The notes: generated by a model from the letters alone, not told the origin. Positions 7,846-17,667 are shown, counted from the stretch's first letter. The stretch: 34,695 nt of DNA from Fidelibacterota bacterium (GCA_043822705.1 JBDRBK010000135.1:1-34695), one strand, 5' to 3'. Numbers and translations are program-made.

Positions 7846-9285
7846 TTAGATATCGTAATGTATTGCCAGCAAGTGCCGGAAAGCACCACGCCGGGTAACA
7901 CCGGCTATTTTCTTCGGATGCTGAAATTTGATCGGACTGTCATCGGCGCGTTTCAGAATCGGCGGGAAGAATCCGAACTCGTAGCCGACGGTGAAATGAC
8001 CGAATTGCCTTTGCGCGCCGGCGATGATCTCGAACAGGTGCAAATAGTATCGCAAAGGATAATCGATCGGCATTGAGGCCAGGTCGAATTCCAGCCGGGC
8101 GGTACCTTTCAACCGGAAATCATAATACCCGTGATAATAACCGGTACTGGTATGGAAGGTGTATTTTAATCCTGACCAGCGATAACCGATCTTTATGTTC
8201 TGGCTGGTTACCGGGCCTGCGATTTCGACACCGGCCGCATGCGCTACCGGCAATATATAACGACCCAACACGGGAGTAGTCAGGTCCGCGCTGGCGGAAA
8301 TATTGCTGTAACCTAAACCAATTGAATAATTGAAATTGTTTTTCGTACCATCGATTTTGATTGCGCCGCCGGTACGATCGCCAGTGATCCAGCCCAATTC
8401 CCGGAAATCGGTGATAATTCCCTCGGCTAACTGATTGGCAACATCGATTTCCAGGGCTGTTTTAAAAATCGTGATGGCAGGAGTCATATCGGATCGGCTG
8501 GCGCCAACTCCCATTTCCAGAACTTGATCCAGAAATTTTCCCTTGCTGGTGACGGTCCGGAGGCCGGTCAGTTGATCAATATTGGATGTATTAGTATAAC
8601 ACAGGCGCGTGTCGAAAACCATTTGGGTCCGGCAGTAGTTTAAATTCAGTTTATATTCGTTAGAAATCGGCAGTGTGGCGAAGAACCGGGGCTGGAAATG
8701 GCTGATCGAAATTTCCAGATCCAGATCGCGGCCAAAAGCAGGCTCGAGATAATTCAGAAAATATTTATTCAGGTTTTTATCATCGGAAACGGGATAGTTG
8801 TTAATCACCAGTGGTGTTTGACTGGTATTACCGGCCGTTTGCAGGCCTCCACCCAGCAGCAGATTATTATTGGTGAGCGCCGCGAGCAGGGAAGCGTTCC
8901 AGCCATTTTGCCGGTAGTGTCCGGTAATCGAACCGGCTTCCTCGCGATTCTGGAAATCGGAAACCGGGCTGCCGGCCCTGATGGTGAAACCGTAATTACA
9001 TATGTTCCCCGGCCGGATATTCGTGAAACCGGCAATTCTTTCCCAGTTCTGGCAAGCGACAATTTCCTTACCAGTCAGGGTCTGGCGGTAATAATCATTG
9101 ACACTGTGACTGATGAAATATTCCGTTCCTGATTGATTCAGCCGGGCAATCGTGAAACGCTCCAGGCGGTAATCATTCAGAAGTATCGGCAGAAGCTGAT
9201 AGAAATTCTGCGCGCTGGTCGGTATGGTGGATTGAAATAAAAGCCAGAGGATAATTACTATCCTCTGGCTGGTCAAACGATTCAA
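7846..9285 (-). CDS. Hypothetical exported protein, probable outer-membrane beta-barrel
   Basis: 479 aa, TTG start; signal peptide (IVIILWLLFQSTIPTSAQ); many Gly/aromatic alternating strands (YSIGLGYSN, FTVGYEFGFF); C-terminal HLLAIHYDI; 14 bp downstream of the T9SS cargo gene. Confidence 0.6.
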   Translation of the reverse strand: MNRLTSQRIVIILWLLFQSTIPTSAQNFYQLLPILLNDYRLERFTIARLNQSGTEYFISHSVNDYYRQTLTGKEIVACQNWERIAGFTNIRPGNICNYGFTIRAGSPVSDFQNREEAGSITGHYRQNGWNASLLAALTNNNLLLGGGLQTAGNTSQTPLVINNYPVSDDKNLNKYFLNYLEPAFGRDLDLEISISHFQPRFFATLPISNEYKLNLNYCRTQMVFDTRLCYTNTSNIDQLTGLRTVTSKGKFLDQVLEMGVGASRSDMTPAITIFKTALEIDVANQLAEGIITDFRELGWITGDRTGGAIKIDGTKNNFNYSIGLGYSNISASADLTTPVLGRYILPVAHAAGVEIAGPVTSQNIKIGYRWSGLKYTFHTSTGYYHGYYDFRLKGTARLEFDLASMPIDYPLRYYLHLFEIIAGAQRQFGHFTVGYEFGFFPPILKRADDSPIKFQHPKKIAGVTRRGAFRHLLAIHYDI

Positions 9286-9299
9286 TTTGTTAGTTGTAA

Positions 9300-11672
9300 T
9301 TACTTCAACAGCATTACTTTATGCGTTCGGGACTGGTTTTCAAAAGTTACGCGATAGAAGTAAACACCGGAGGGCTGGCTGGCTGCATTCCAGGGAATCA
9401 GATTGTACCCGGCGCTCATCTCCCGGTTCAACAGTGTGGCGACCTTCACACCCAGCAGATTGTAAACACTGACGTCAGCCGCGCCGGCCTGAGGCAGGTC
9501 GAAGCTGATCCAGGTGACCGGATTGAACGGATTGGGATAGGCCGCCCGGACGACAAAGCTCCGGGGAAGCGCCGGCAGACCACCGGGAACAATATCCAGT
9601 TTATAGCGATCCGGGAATACGCCACCCAGGGTGCTGTCGGTCCCCAGAATGAAGTTCTTCCACATCACCAGGAAACTGGCCGGTGGATTATCGAACCAGG
9701 CGGATAGATTCGTGCGCTCGCCATCGATGATCGTTACCGAATCCGGATAGGCGAAATCCTGCCAGACTTCGTAGGTGGCGTCATCCATTTCTTCCATATC
9801 GGCGATGAATTGCAGGCCGTCCATGTCGAAATCCGTCTCGTAAGGTTGCATGGCGCGCGCAAGGTCCGTCATCAAGGCGAAGAATTCGTTGATTTCCGCC
9901 AGTCCCTCTTCCAGCATATCGCCGGCTTCGATAAAGCGCTGGACACCGAGCGGTGTGAGCGTCAGAAATGCCGGGTTGGACAGTTCCAGCAATTGAACCA
10001 AATCGGTATCGCTCTCGACTGTACTGAAGTCCAGAACGGTGGGATCGAGGTCGAGGATAAAAATATCATCCAATTCAGCGTACAGGGCGCTTACACCGTC
10101 GATTACCAGCTCAATTCCGGTTTTAGCGACGGCCAACTGTATTTGTACGATTTGTACAAGCGGTACCGGGATATTGATGATTTCAAACTCACTGGCTGGT
10201 CCGATAATATACCGACCAAGTCCGTCATCGGCGGTTTTGACCAGCGCCACGAAATGCGCCGGCCGATCGGCATCGGTGAAATATGACAGGTGCTCGTCAA
10301 TCATATCCAGGTCATCGAGGAAATTGACTGCTTCCCAATCGTAATAATAGGTCAAGCTGTCAATTCTGCCAGCATCCAGGTAATAAAAAATATCATCGAT
10401 TATCTGAGCCTGATCATTAATCAATTCAAAGGTCTGAATCAGGGCAAGACCCAGGTGGGCATCCGGATCGGTGGGATCGGTCATCCCCAGTTTTAGTGAC
10501 CACATTGCCTGCAGTGCATCCAGGCGCAGATCAAAATCATTTTCATTGTCCCAATTATTAACGATTACGTCGGGACTCAGCAGGCCGAGAGTTTCCGAAT
10601 CGAGGCCGTACGGGAAGATTCCACCGAAAATGTAAGCGGCTGGTGTTGTCGAGCGGTAGAAATCCCAGTAAATATTCGGTAGACCATCTCCAGGCAGGTT
10701 CTGGATTATCGCCAGCGGCTTGATGGTTTTCCCTTCCGCTTCCGGTCCGAATTGGTATTCCTCACCGGCCAGCAGTAAATCCAGTTCGGTCAAGCCTTCC
10801 TGAATTGAGTCGATCGGAGCGGTGTCAATTTCAAATGGTCCGAATGGTTGGGTCGTGAGGATTACCTGCAACGTGTCCAGTAATTCCGACAGGTTGTTCA
10901 GTCCGGTCCTCAGGTGAGCGATCCCCGGCATCACGTCGCCGCCGGTGATAGCCATGACCGAATCCATCCAGGAACCAAACTGGTCGAAATTATTTCCGAT
11001 TTCATCACCGATTTCCTGCAGATCTTCGATATGATCGAATAAAACCCGGTCGAAGATGAATGTGGTATCGGGAAAATCGGCGGCCAGTACCTGCAGTGCG
11101 AAACTGAAATCGGCGGTACTGTTAAAGATCGAATCGATATGGCTGCTGAAATTCTCATTGGTGAAATTGAAATCGAGGTCGGAGAAAAATTCATCGACGA
11201 TCGTTCCGAAGTCGTTGAAATTCGTATCCAGTTCGTCAAATTTCAGATCCATGAAATCCCGGAAAGCAACGTAATCGCCGTTGTTGAAAAAATCTGTCAG
11301 AGCGGGAATTACCGCATTAATCTGGAACGGATCCAGGATCGGGATAATATCATCTCCGATTCGATCGCCAATAGCAATCAGATTATTATCGATCGATTCC
11401 ATGACCGGTTCCAGTTCCGTTATCATCGTGTCGCCGTCGACATGGCTCCAGGCGAAAGCCATAATTGCCAGACCCATATGGGCCCGCATGACCGCTTCTT
11501 CGTCAACGCCGAGATAGATGTCCACCAGCCAGTTGGCCTCTTTATTGACCAGATAGTTAATATAGTCAACCGTAATATCTTCGGTCAGAACCAAGTCCGG
11601 CGCCGGCTGGGCGGCCAGATTCAGTGCCAGCGTCAAAAAGATTATTGTGGTACAAAATCGGTTTAACTTCAT
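9300..11672 (-). CDS. Secreted acidic protein with T9SS type-A C-terminal sorting domain
   Basis: Signal peptide MKLNRFCTTIIFLTLALNLAAQ (ATG 11672, AAGGA upstream); C-terminal AYPNPFNPVTWISFDLP...YNLLG...SGVYFYRV...KVMLLK. Confidence 0.85.
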   Translation of the reverse strand: MKLNRFCTTIIFLTLALNLAAQPAPDLVLTEDITVDYINYLVNKEANWLVDIYLGVDEEAVMRAHMGLAIMAFAWSHVDGDTMITELEPVMESIDNNLIAIGDRIGDDIIPILDPFQINAVIPALTDFFNNGDYVAFRDFMDLKFDELDTNFNDFGTIVDEFFSDLDFNFTNENFSSHIDSIFNSTADFSFALQVLAADFPDTTFIFDRVLFDHIEDLQEIGDEIGNNFDQFGSWMDSVMAITGGDVMPGIAHLRTGLNNLSELLDTLQVILTTQPFGPFEIDTAPIDSIQEGLTELDLLLAGEEYQFGPEAEGKTIKPLAIIQNLPGDGLPNIYWDFYRSTTPAAYIFGGIFPYGLDSETLGLLSPDVIVNNWDNENDFDLRLDALQAMWSLKLGMTDPTDPDAHLGLALIQTFELINDQAQIIDDIFYYLDAGRIDSLTYYYDWEAVNFLDDLDMIDEHLSYFTDADRPAHFVALVKTADDGLGRYIIGPASEFEIINIPVPLVQIVQIQLAVAKTGIELVIDGVSALYAELDDIFILDLDPTVLDFSTVESDTDLVQLLELSNPAFLTLTPLGVQRFIEAGDMLEEGLAEINEFFALMTDLARAMQPYETDFDMDGLQFIADMEEMDDATYEVWQDFAYPDSVTIIDGERTNLSAWFDNPPASFLVMWKNFILGTDSTLGGVFPDRYKLDIVPGGLPALPRSFVVRAAYPNPFNPVTWISFDLPQAGAADVSVYNLLGVKVATLLNREMSAGYNLIPWNAASQPSGVYFYRVTFENQSRTHKVMLLK

Positions 11673-11817
11673 GGTAAATGTCCTTACTGACAATTATCTG
11701 TTAATCAGCGGTTTGTTACTTCCCTGCAAAGATGCTTATCTTAATATGGATCAATAGCATATTCGTAACACCCATATTTGAATTTATACAATAATACGAT
11801 CAATTGAATTAACAATA

Positions 11818-11833
11818 TGTGATGAATGCCACA
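11818..11833. promoter_or_regulatory. CRP/FNR-family binding-site-like sequence
   Basis: TGTGA-tgaatg-CCACA (9/10 match to TGTGA-N6-TCACA) with AT-rich flanks; class-II spacing to a minus-strand TATTAT -10 at 11796-11791. Confidence 0.5.
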
Positions 11834-11910
11834 ATATTATTGGGCAGATGAATATTCGGGAGGATGCTTCCACCGGAGGCATAGATTTGTTAAAATTTGG
11901 ACGAAAAAAC

Positions 11911-12600
11911 ATGGATAAAACAACAATTATCAATCAACTTCCAATCACCGGCCGGCGATTTCTAAAGGAACTGGAATTGAATAACGACCGGGTCTGGTTC
12001 GAAAAACATCGCCGGGAATATGAAGATTCTCTACTGAATCCAGCCCGGGATCTGGTTGTCGCCCTGGGTGCACGGTTGCGCCAGTTGTGCCCCGATATTG
12101 TCGCCGATCCGCGGGTCGACCGTTCCATTTTTAGGATCAATCGTGATGTCCGCTTCAGCAAGGACAAATCTCCTTATAAAACCCATCTGGGAATATTTTT
12201 CTGGGAAGGTCATGCCCCTAAAATAGAAAACTCAGGCTACTACTGGCATCTGGAAGCGCAGGAGCTGTTCTTTGGAGCCGGATTATATATTTTCCCCAAA
12301 TGGGCGCTGGAACGTTATCGCACTGCCGTCAGTGATGAGCAGAAGAACCTGAAATTGGCTGAAGCGATTGCCGGGGTCCGGGAACAGGGCGGCGACATCG
12401 GCGGTGAGCGCAGTAAACGTTTCCCGGTCGGCTATGGCCGGGATGTGACCGAACCGGAATTGCTACTGTATAAAGGCATCTACAGTCTATACCGGATAAG
12501 TGATTTTGATATGATCAGGAATAAAGACCTGGTCGAATTCAGTTACTCGATATTCCGGAAACTTGCTCCTGTGCATGAGTGGCTGCGTTCAATCCTTTGA
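11911..12600 (+). CDS. DUF2461 family protein
   Basis: FLKELELNNDRVWFEKHR and SIFRINRDVRFSKDKSPYKTH signatures; alternative start 11848. Confidence 0.9.
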   Translation: MDKTTIINQLPITGRRFLKELELNNDRVWFEKHRREYEDSLLNPARDLVVALGARLRQLCPDIVADPRVDRSIFRINRDVRFSKDKSPYKTHLGIFFWEGHAPKIENSGYYWHLEAQELFFGAGLYIFPKWALERYRTAVSDEQKNLKLAEAIAGVREQGGDIGGERSKRFPVGYGRDVTEPELLLYKGIYSLYRISDFDMIRNKDLVEFSYSIFRKLAPVHEWLRSIL

Positions 12601-12728
12601 TTCAATTCGATAACTGATTTGTCTGCCCCACAAAGCAGCAACAGTTCGCCCCGAACATACTCCACAAGGTGCCTTCCTTCGAGTGGGATTGATTTGTAAT
12701 TTATTTCCAATATTAAATGGTGGTGCCA

Positions 12729-13487
12729 ATGATTACATGGGCAATTACACGCCTTCCGGCGGAAAACCTGGGACTGGGACTGACAACGGCGAATCTGGGA
12801 TCGCCTGATTACGCTGTGGCACTCCGGCAACACGCTGCCTATGTCGCTGCATTGAAGGTTATCGGACTGGAGGTCACGGTATTAGAACCGCTGCCGGATT
12901 TTCCTGACGCCCATTTCGTCGAAGATACGGCGGTCGTCTTTCCGGAACTGGCGGTCATCACCCGACCAGGTGCGACGGCGCGCCGGGGTGAAATTGAATC
13001 GATGGAACCGGTCCTGGCCCGCCACCGGCCCACGGTTCGGATAACGGCTCCTGGTACTTTGGACGGGGGTGACGTACTGACAATCGGCGACCGCGTGTAT
13101 GTCGGTCTGACCGATCGTACCAACCAGGCCGGATTCGAACAATTGCGGGACTTGTTGAAGCCCTACGGTTATAACTGCCACGCGATCCCGGTGGCGGCGG
13201 GTCTGCATCTGAAATCCAGCGTGAATTATGCCGGCAAAAACACCTTGCTGGTCACCGCAGCGCTGGCTGATTGTCCGGAATGGTCCGGTTATCAGCTGAT
13301 CGTGACTGCCGCCGGGGAGGAGTATGCCTGTAACACGTTGCTGGTTAATGACCATTTGCTCACCCCCGGTGGTTTTCCGAATACCAACCGTCAACTGGCG
13401 GTGCTGGAATTGCCGCTAATCAAGCTGGACATGAGTGAGATGCGCAAAATGGACGGCGGGTTGACCTGTCTGTCACTCCGATTTTAG
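12729..13487 (+). CDS. Dimethylarginine dimethylaminohydrolase (amidinotransferase superfamily)
   Basis: FPDAHFVEDTAV, ITRPGA..RRGE, TLDGGDVL, LHLKS and KMDGGLTCLS (Asp-His-Cys triad); alternative start 12717. Confidence 0.9.
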   Translation: MITWAITRLPAENLGLGLTTANLGSPDYAVALRQHAAYVAALKVIGLEVTVLEPLPDFPDAHFVEDTAVVFPELAVITRPGATARRGEIESMEPVLARHRPTVRITAPGTLDGGDVLTIGDRVYVGLTDRTNQAGFEQLRDLLKPYGYNCHAIPVAAGLHLKSSVNYAGKNTLLVTAALADCPEWSGYQLIVTAAGEEYACNTLLVNDHLLTPGGFPNTNRQLAVLELPLIKLDMSEMRKMDGGLTCLSLRF

Positions 13488-13497
13488 CGATTGTAGG

Positions 13498-13968
13498 ATG
13501 AGGCCAGCGCTATCTGTGCTCCTGCTGATCGTCACCAGCCAGTTACTGTCGGCAGGTCACTGGGAGGTTACATTGACATCCGGGGAGAAATTTCCTCGGG
13601 TAAATGGTCTGCGGCTGGACCAGACCATCCTCTATCTGGTGCCGGAAAACCCGGCCCCGGATGATTTGCCGATTCCGGTATATCTGGGAGATCTGAAAAC
13701 CGTCCGGCGCGTCCGGGATAACCGGTGTCTGACGTTGGTGGCCTGCGGCTGTTTTGGCCGGCTGCTGGGGCAGTTTGTCGTCCCGGAGTTCATTGACTTG
13801 AATGAAACCGGCAGGTTCGGCATCCGGGAAATGGGCTGGGCCGGTTCAATTGCCGGCAGCCTGCTGGCCCTGGCGGTGTCCGGCCGCCGGGTTGACCTCT
13901 CCCGCTGCGCCCTCGATGAACGGAAAATAATTATCGATAAATTTATTCTACGGGAACGATTTCGCTGA
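13498..13968 (+). CDS. Hypothetical exported/membrane protein
   Basis: 156 aa; signal-peptide-like N-terminus, Gly-rich hydrophobic C-terminal segments; AGG upstream; sits between DDAH and ygbA. Confidence 0.6.
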   Translation: MRPALSVLLLIVTSQLLSAGHWEVTLTSGEKFPRVNGLRLDQTILYLVPENPAPDDLPIPVYLGDLKTVRRVRDNRCLTLVACGCFGRLLGQFVVPEFIDLNETGRFGIREMGWAGSIAGSLLALAVSGRRVDLSRCALDERKIIIDKFILRERFR

Positions 13969-13989
13969 TTGCGAATTACCTGCCCAAAC

Positions 13990-14358
13990 ATGATCAGACA
14001 TCGGAAATCCCCCGGCACGGTCGAGCTGCGCACGATCCGCGTGATGATCGCCATTTACTGCGGCCCGCATCACAAATCCGACACTGGTCTCTGCAGCGAC
14101 TGCCACGGACTGTTCGAATACGCCAGCGCCCGGCTGGATAATTGTCCTTTCGGTGCAGCCAAACCAACCTGTCAGAACTGCCCGATCCATTGCTATAAAC
14201 CGGAAGTGCGGGAGCAGGTGCGCGCGGTGATGCGCTTCGCCGGCCCCCGGATGTTGTGGCGCTACCCGTTGCTGACGATCCGGCATTTGTGGCATAATCG
14301 TAAACGCATACCGCTAAAAACCGGCAATTCCGTCGGTTCCGGTAGCGAAACAGGTTAA
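13990..14358 (+). CDS. ygbA: YgbA family (nitrous-oxide-stimulated promoter) Cys-rich protein
   Basis: E..TI..MI.IYC, LCSDC, RLDNCPFG..KPTCQNCPIHCYKP and VMRFAGPRML; alternative TTG start 13969. Confidence 0.88.
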   Translation: MIRHRKSPGTVELRTIRVMIAIYCGPHHKSDTGLCSDCHGLFEYASARLDNCPFGAAKPTCQNCPIHCYKPEVREQVRAVMRFAGPRMLWRYPLLTIRHLWHNRKRIPLKTGNSVGSGSETG

Positions 14359-14456
14359 ATCCGGACGGTCTGTTCCGGTTCATAGAAGGGTGCGGACAGG
14401 GAATATTTTGTCTATGCCGACGGGAGTGAAATTCTTGAGATATTCCGGTGATTGTA

Positions 14457-14485
14457 TTGGAAGCGTGTGTTCAAAATGGTATAAT
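14457..14485 (+). promoter_or_regulatory. Sigma70 promoter of the gdhA operon
   Basis: TTGGAA (14457-14462), 17 bp, TATAAT (14480-14485), with TGn extension. Confidence 0.65.
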
Positions 14486-14547
14486 TTCAAACAGGACATA
14501 CGGACTTTTAACAACTCAATACTGTTCATTAACAATAGGACTAAGAG

Positions 14548-15834
14548 ATGAAGAGCGGAGCCTACAATGCCTTCGAAATGGCACAGGCGCAGTTTGACAA
14601 GGTAGCCGAATTGATGAATCTGGACGCCGGGACCAGGGCGCTGCTGCGTCGTCCCCTGCGGGAGTATCATTTCAGCATCCCGGTGCGCATGGATGACGGA
14701 CCTGTTCAGGTTTTTCAGGGCTTTCGGGTGCAGCATAATGATGCCCGCGGTCCGGGAAAGGGCGGGATTCGTTTCCATCCCATGGAAACAATCGATACCG
14801 TGCGCGCCCTGGCCACGTGGATGACCTGGAAAACGGCGGTCGTGGATATACCGCTGGGCGGCAGCAAGGGTGGTGTCGTCTGCGATCCCCATAATTTAAG
14901 CGACCGCGAACTGGAGCAGATATCCCGCAACTGGGTCCGCCAGATATCTCAGAACGTTGGTCCTTTATTGGATGTACCGGCCCCCGATGTGATGACGACC
15001 CCCCAGATCATGTTATGGATGCTGGACGAATATGAAGTTCTGAACCGTGGCAGATACCCGGGCTTTATTACCGGCAAACCGGTGGGGAGCGGCGGTTCCC
15101 TGGGCCGGACCGAAGCAACCGGCTACGGCGTAATATTTACCCTGCGGGAAGCGCTCAAGGAAAAAAATATCGCTCCCAAGGATACCATTGCCAGTGTACA
15201 GGGATTCGGCAATGTGGCCCAATACGCCATTCGTTTGTACAAGCAGATCGGCGGCCGAGTGATTGCGGTGTCGTGCTGGGACCAGAACGAGCAGAAATCC
15301 TACACCTACCGGAAACAAGAAGGTATCGACCTGGATGCCCTGTTGAAAATCACCGACCGTTTCGGCGGCATCAAGAAATCCGCAGCCGTGGAACTGGGCT
15401 ACGAAGTTCTGCCCGGTGAAGCCTGGCTGGAACAGGAAGTGGATATCCTGATCCCGGCCGCCCTCGAAAACCAGATCACGATCGACAATGTCGAACGGAT
15501 TCACCCGCGGGTTAAAATTATTGCCGAGGGTGCCAACGGTCCTACTGCCCCGGATGCCGATACGGTTATCCATCAGCGCGGGATTTTCATGATACCTGAC
15601 CTGCTGGCCAATGCCGGCGGTGTCACCTGCAGCTATTTCGAGCAGGTTCAGAGCAATCTGAACTATTTCTGGGAAAAAGACGAGGTACTCAGCAAGCTGG
15701 ACGTTAAAATGACCAGCGCCTTTATCGCCGTCAGCGACCTGGCCCGGAAAAGGAATCTGTACATGCGCGATGCGGCCTTCATGATTGCGGTGGCCCGCGT
15801 GGCCCAGGCTTGTAAAGACCGTGGTTGGGTCTGA
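14548..15834 (+). CDS. gdhA: Glutamate dehydrogenase (Glu/Leu/Phe/Val dehydrogenase family)
   Basis: GPGKGGIRFHP, MTWKTA, PLGGSKGG, DVPAPDV, ITGKP, GRTEATGYG, QGFGNV, EGANGP, NAGGVTCSYFE. Confidence 0.93.
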   Translation: MKSGAYNAFEMAQAQFDKVAELMNLDAGTRALLRRPLREYHFSIPVRMDDGPVQVFQGFRVQHNDARGPGKGGIRFHPMETIDTVRALATWMTWKTAVVDIPLGGSKGGVVCDPHNLSDRELEQISRNWVRQISQNVGPLLDVPAPDVMTTPQIMLWMLDEYEVLNRGRYPGFITGKPVGSGGSLGRTEATGYGVIFTLREALKEKNIAPKDTIASVQGFGNVAQYAIRLYKQIGGRVIAVSCWDQNEQKSYTYRKQEGIDLDALLKITDRFGGIKKSAAVELGYEVLPGEAWLEQEVDILIPAALENQITIDNVERIHPRVKIIAEGANGPTAPDADTVIHQRGIFMIPDLLANAGGVTCSYFEQVQSNLNYFWEKDEVLSKLDVKMTSAFIAVSDLARKRNLYMRDAAFMIAVARVAQACKDRGWV

Positions 15835-15909
15835 TCCAGCCGGAATTGAATAATACGGTCCGGCCGGAGGAAATCGTCGTTCCGCCGGACATTCACCGAG
15901 GAGGTGACG

Positions 15910-17667
15910 ATGAGTGAACCCAAACCGGTGGGTCCGCATCCCGGGGTTCCCTTCGAGCGTAAGTTTTTCGATGCTGAAGCTGATTTCATGACAATCGGGG
16001 CTGCTGCCGTAGGCGGAAAAGCCCAGGGTCTGGCCTTTGTCAGCACGATTCTCGAATCCGATTTCGAGCGCGCCGCTTTCCCCGATTTTTCCGTTGCCAT
16101 TCCCCGGATGGCGGTGCTTGCCACCGATGTTTTCGACCTGTTCATGGAGCGTAACGGCCTGAGGGAAGTCGCCGGTTCCGACCTGCCCGACGACCGCATC
16201 GCCCATGCCTTCCTGAAGGCGGAGTTCCCGACCGAGTACCTTGGTGATCTGCGCGCCTTGATCAGCAAGATCAACCAGCCGCTGGCCATTCGATCCTCCA
16301 GCTTGCTGGAGGACGCCCTGCACCATCCTTTCGCCGGTGTCTACGGGACAAAAATGATCCCCAACAATCAGCCGGATATCTCCAGCCGTTTCCAGCGGTT
16401 GATTGAGGCAATCAAATTCGTGTATGCCTCGACTTTTTTCCGTGAAGCCAAGGCCTATATCAGTGCCACCAACTGCCGCCCGGAGGACGAGAAAATGGCG
16501 GTCATCATTCAGGAGGTAGTGGGGCGGCGCAGCGGTGACCGCTTCTATCCGGCGATTTCGGGCGTAGGCCGGTCCTTCAATTATTATCCGGTCGGTAAAA
16601 TACGGCCGGCGGACGGAGTAGTCAATCTGGCCCTGGGGTTGGGCAAGACCATTGTCGATGGCGGTCGCTGCTGGAGTTATTCGCCGGCCTTTCCGCGGGC
16701 CAACCCGCCCTATGGCTCCCCTCGTGACCTGCTGAAACTTACGCAAGTTGATTTTTTCGCCGTTAATATGGGCAAGCCGCCCGCCTACGATCCGATCCGG
16801 GAAAGCGAATTTCTGGTGCAAAGCGGGCTGGAAGAGGCCGAGAGCGATGGTAATCTGAAATTGATTGCCGCCACTTACGATGGCGCCTCGGATCGGGTAG
16901 TTCCCGGTATCGGTCAACCGGGACCGCGGATCATCAATTTCGCGCCGATCCTGCTCTATGAACAATTACCGCTCAACAACCTTGTCCGACATCTGCTGGA
17001 ACTGAGTCGCGAGAAAGTCGGCGCCGAAGTAGAAATTGAGTTCGCCGTGGATATCGATCCGCAGCGGAAAGAGCCGGCGCGACTGGGTTTTCTTCAGGTC
17101 CGTTCGCAGGCCAGCTCGACCAGCAAGGTGACTATCGACCAGGCAGCGCTTGCCGCGCGGGAAATTGTAGTATATTCGGAGACGGTACTGGGCAACGGCG
17201 AAATTGACAATATTCACGATATTGTCTATGTTCGACCGGAACTGTTCGCCGCCCGTCATTCGCCGGCCGTTGCCGCCGAGATTGAGGAATTGAACCGGAT
17301 AATGGTAGCCGCCGCCCGGCCCTATCTGTTGATCGGATTCGGCCGCTGGGGCAGCAGCGATCCGTGGCTGGGAATTCCGGTCAATTGGGGCCAGATTTCC
17401 GCCGCCCGGGTGATCGTGGAAGCAACGCTGCCGGAGATGAATGTGGAGCCGAGTCAGGGGTCGCATTTTTTCCATAATCTGACTAGTTTCAGCGTACCCT
17501 ATTTCTCCGTTGCGCATGGTTCGCGGACCGCCCGGATCAACTGGCCGTGGCTGGAACACCAGGCGGTGGTCAGCGAGTCCCGGTTTGTCCGCCTGGTTCA
17601 TTCGGACCAGCCGCTGACGGTGCAAGTTGACGGATTACAGGGTTTGGGAGTAATACATCATGGTTAA
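15910..17667 (+). CDS. PEP/pyruvate-binding (PPDK_N, ATP-grasp) domain protein A; not a complete PEP synthase
   Basis: GGKAQGL, AIRSSSLLED..FAGVY, MAVIIQEVVG, GLGKTIVDG, EIEFA..FLQVR; C-terminal GRWGSSD and PSQGSHFF. RBS GAGGAGG before ATG 15910. Confidence 0.85.
   Translation: MSEPKPVGPHPGVPFERKFFDAEADFMTIGAAAVGGKAQGLAFVSTILESDFERAAFPDFSVAIPRMAVLATDVFDLFMERNGLREVAGSDLPDDRIAHAFLKAEFPTEYLGDLRALISKINQPLAIRSSSLLEDALHHPFAGVYGTKMIPNNQPDISSRFQRLIEAIKFVYASTFFREAKAYISATNCRPEDEKMAVIIQEVVGRRSGDRFYPAISGVGRSFNYYPVGKIRPADGVVNLALGLGKTIVDGGRCWSYSPAFPRANPPYGSPRDLLKLTQVDFFAVNMGKPPAYDPIRESEFLVQSGLEEAESDGNLKLIAATYDGASDRVVPGIGQPGPRIINFAPILLYEQLPLNNLVRHLLELSREKVGAEVEIEFAVDIDPQRKEPARLGFLQVRSQASSTSKVTIDQAALAAREIVVYSETVLGNGEIDNIHDIVYVRPELFAARHSPAVAAEIEELNRIMVAAARPYLLIGFGRWGSSDPWLGIPVNWGQISAARVIVEATLPEMNVEPSQGSHFFHNLTSFSVPYFSVAHGSRTARINWPWLEHQAVVSESRFVRLVHSDQPLTVQVDGLQGLGVIHHG

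Noticed and set aside
12601..12716. Guanidine/ykkC-type riboswitch upstream of DDAH
   Set aside because: Only tiny hairpins (GTTCG-CCC-CGAAC); none of the conserved riboswitch motifs is recognisable.
15013..16965. Long antisense ORFs (650 aa here; also 2762..4126, 19073..19819 and others)
   Set aside because: They lie opposite well-supported genes in GC-rich, codon-biased DNA and show no protein motifs, so they are shadow frames.
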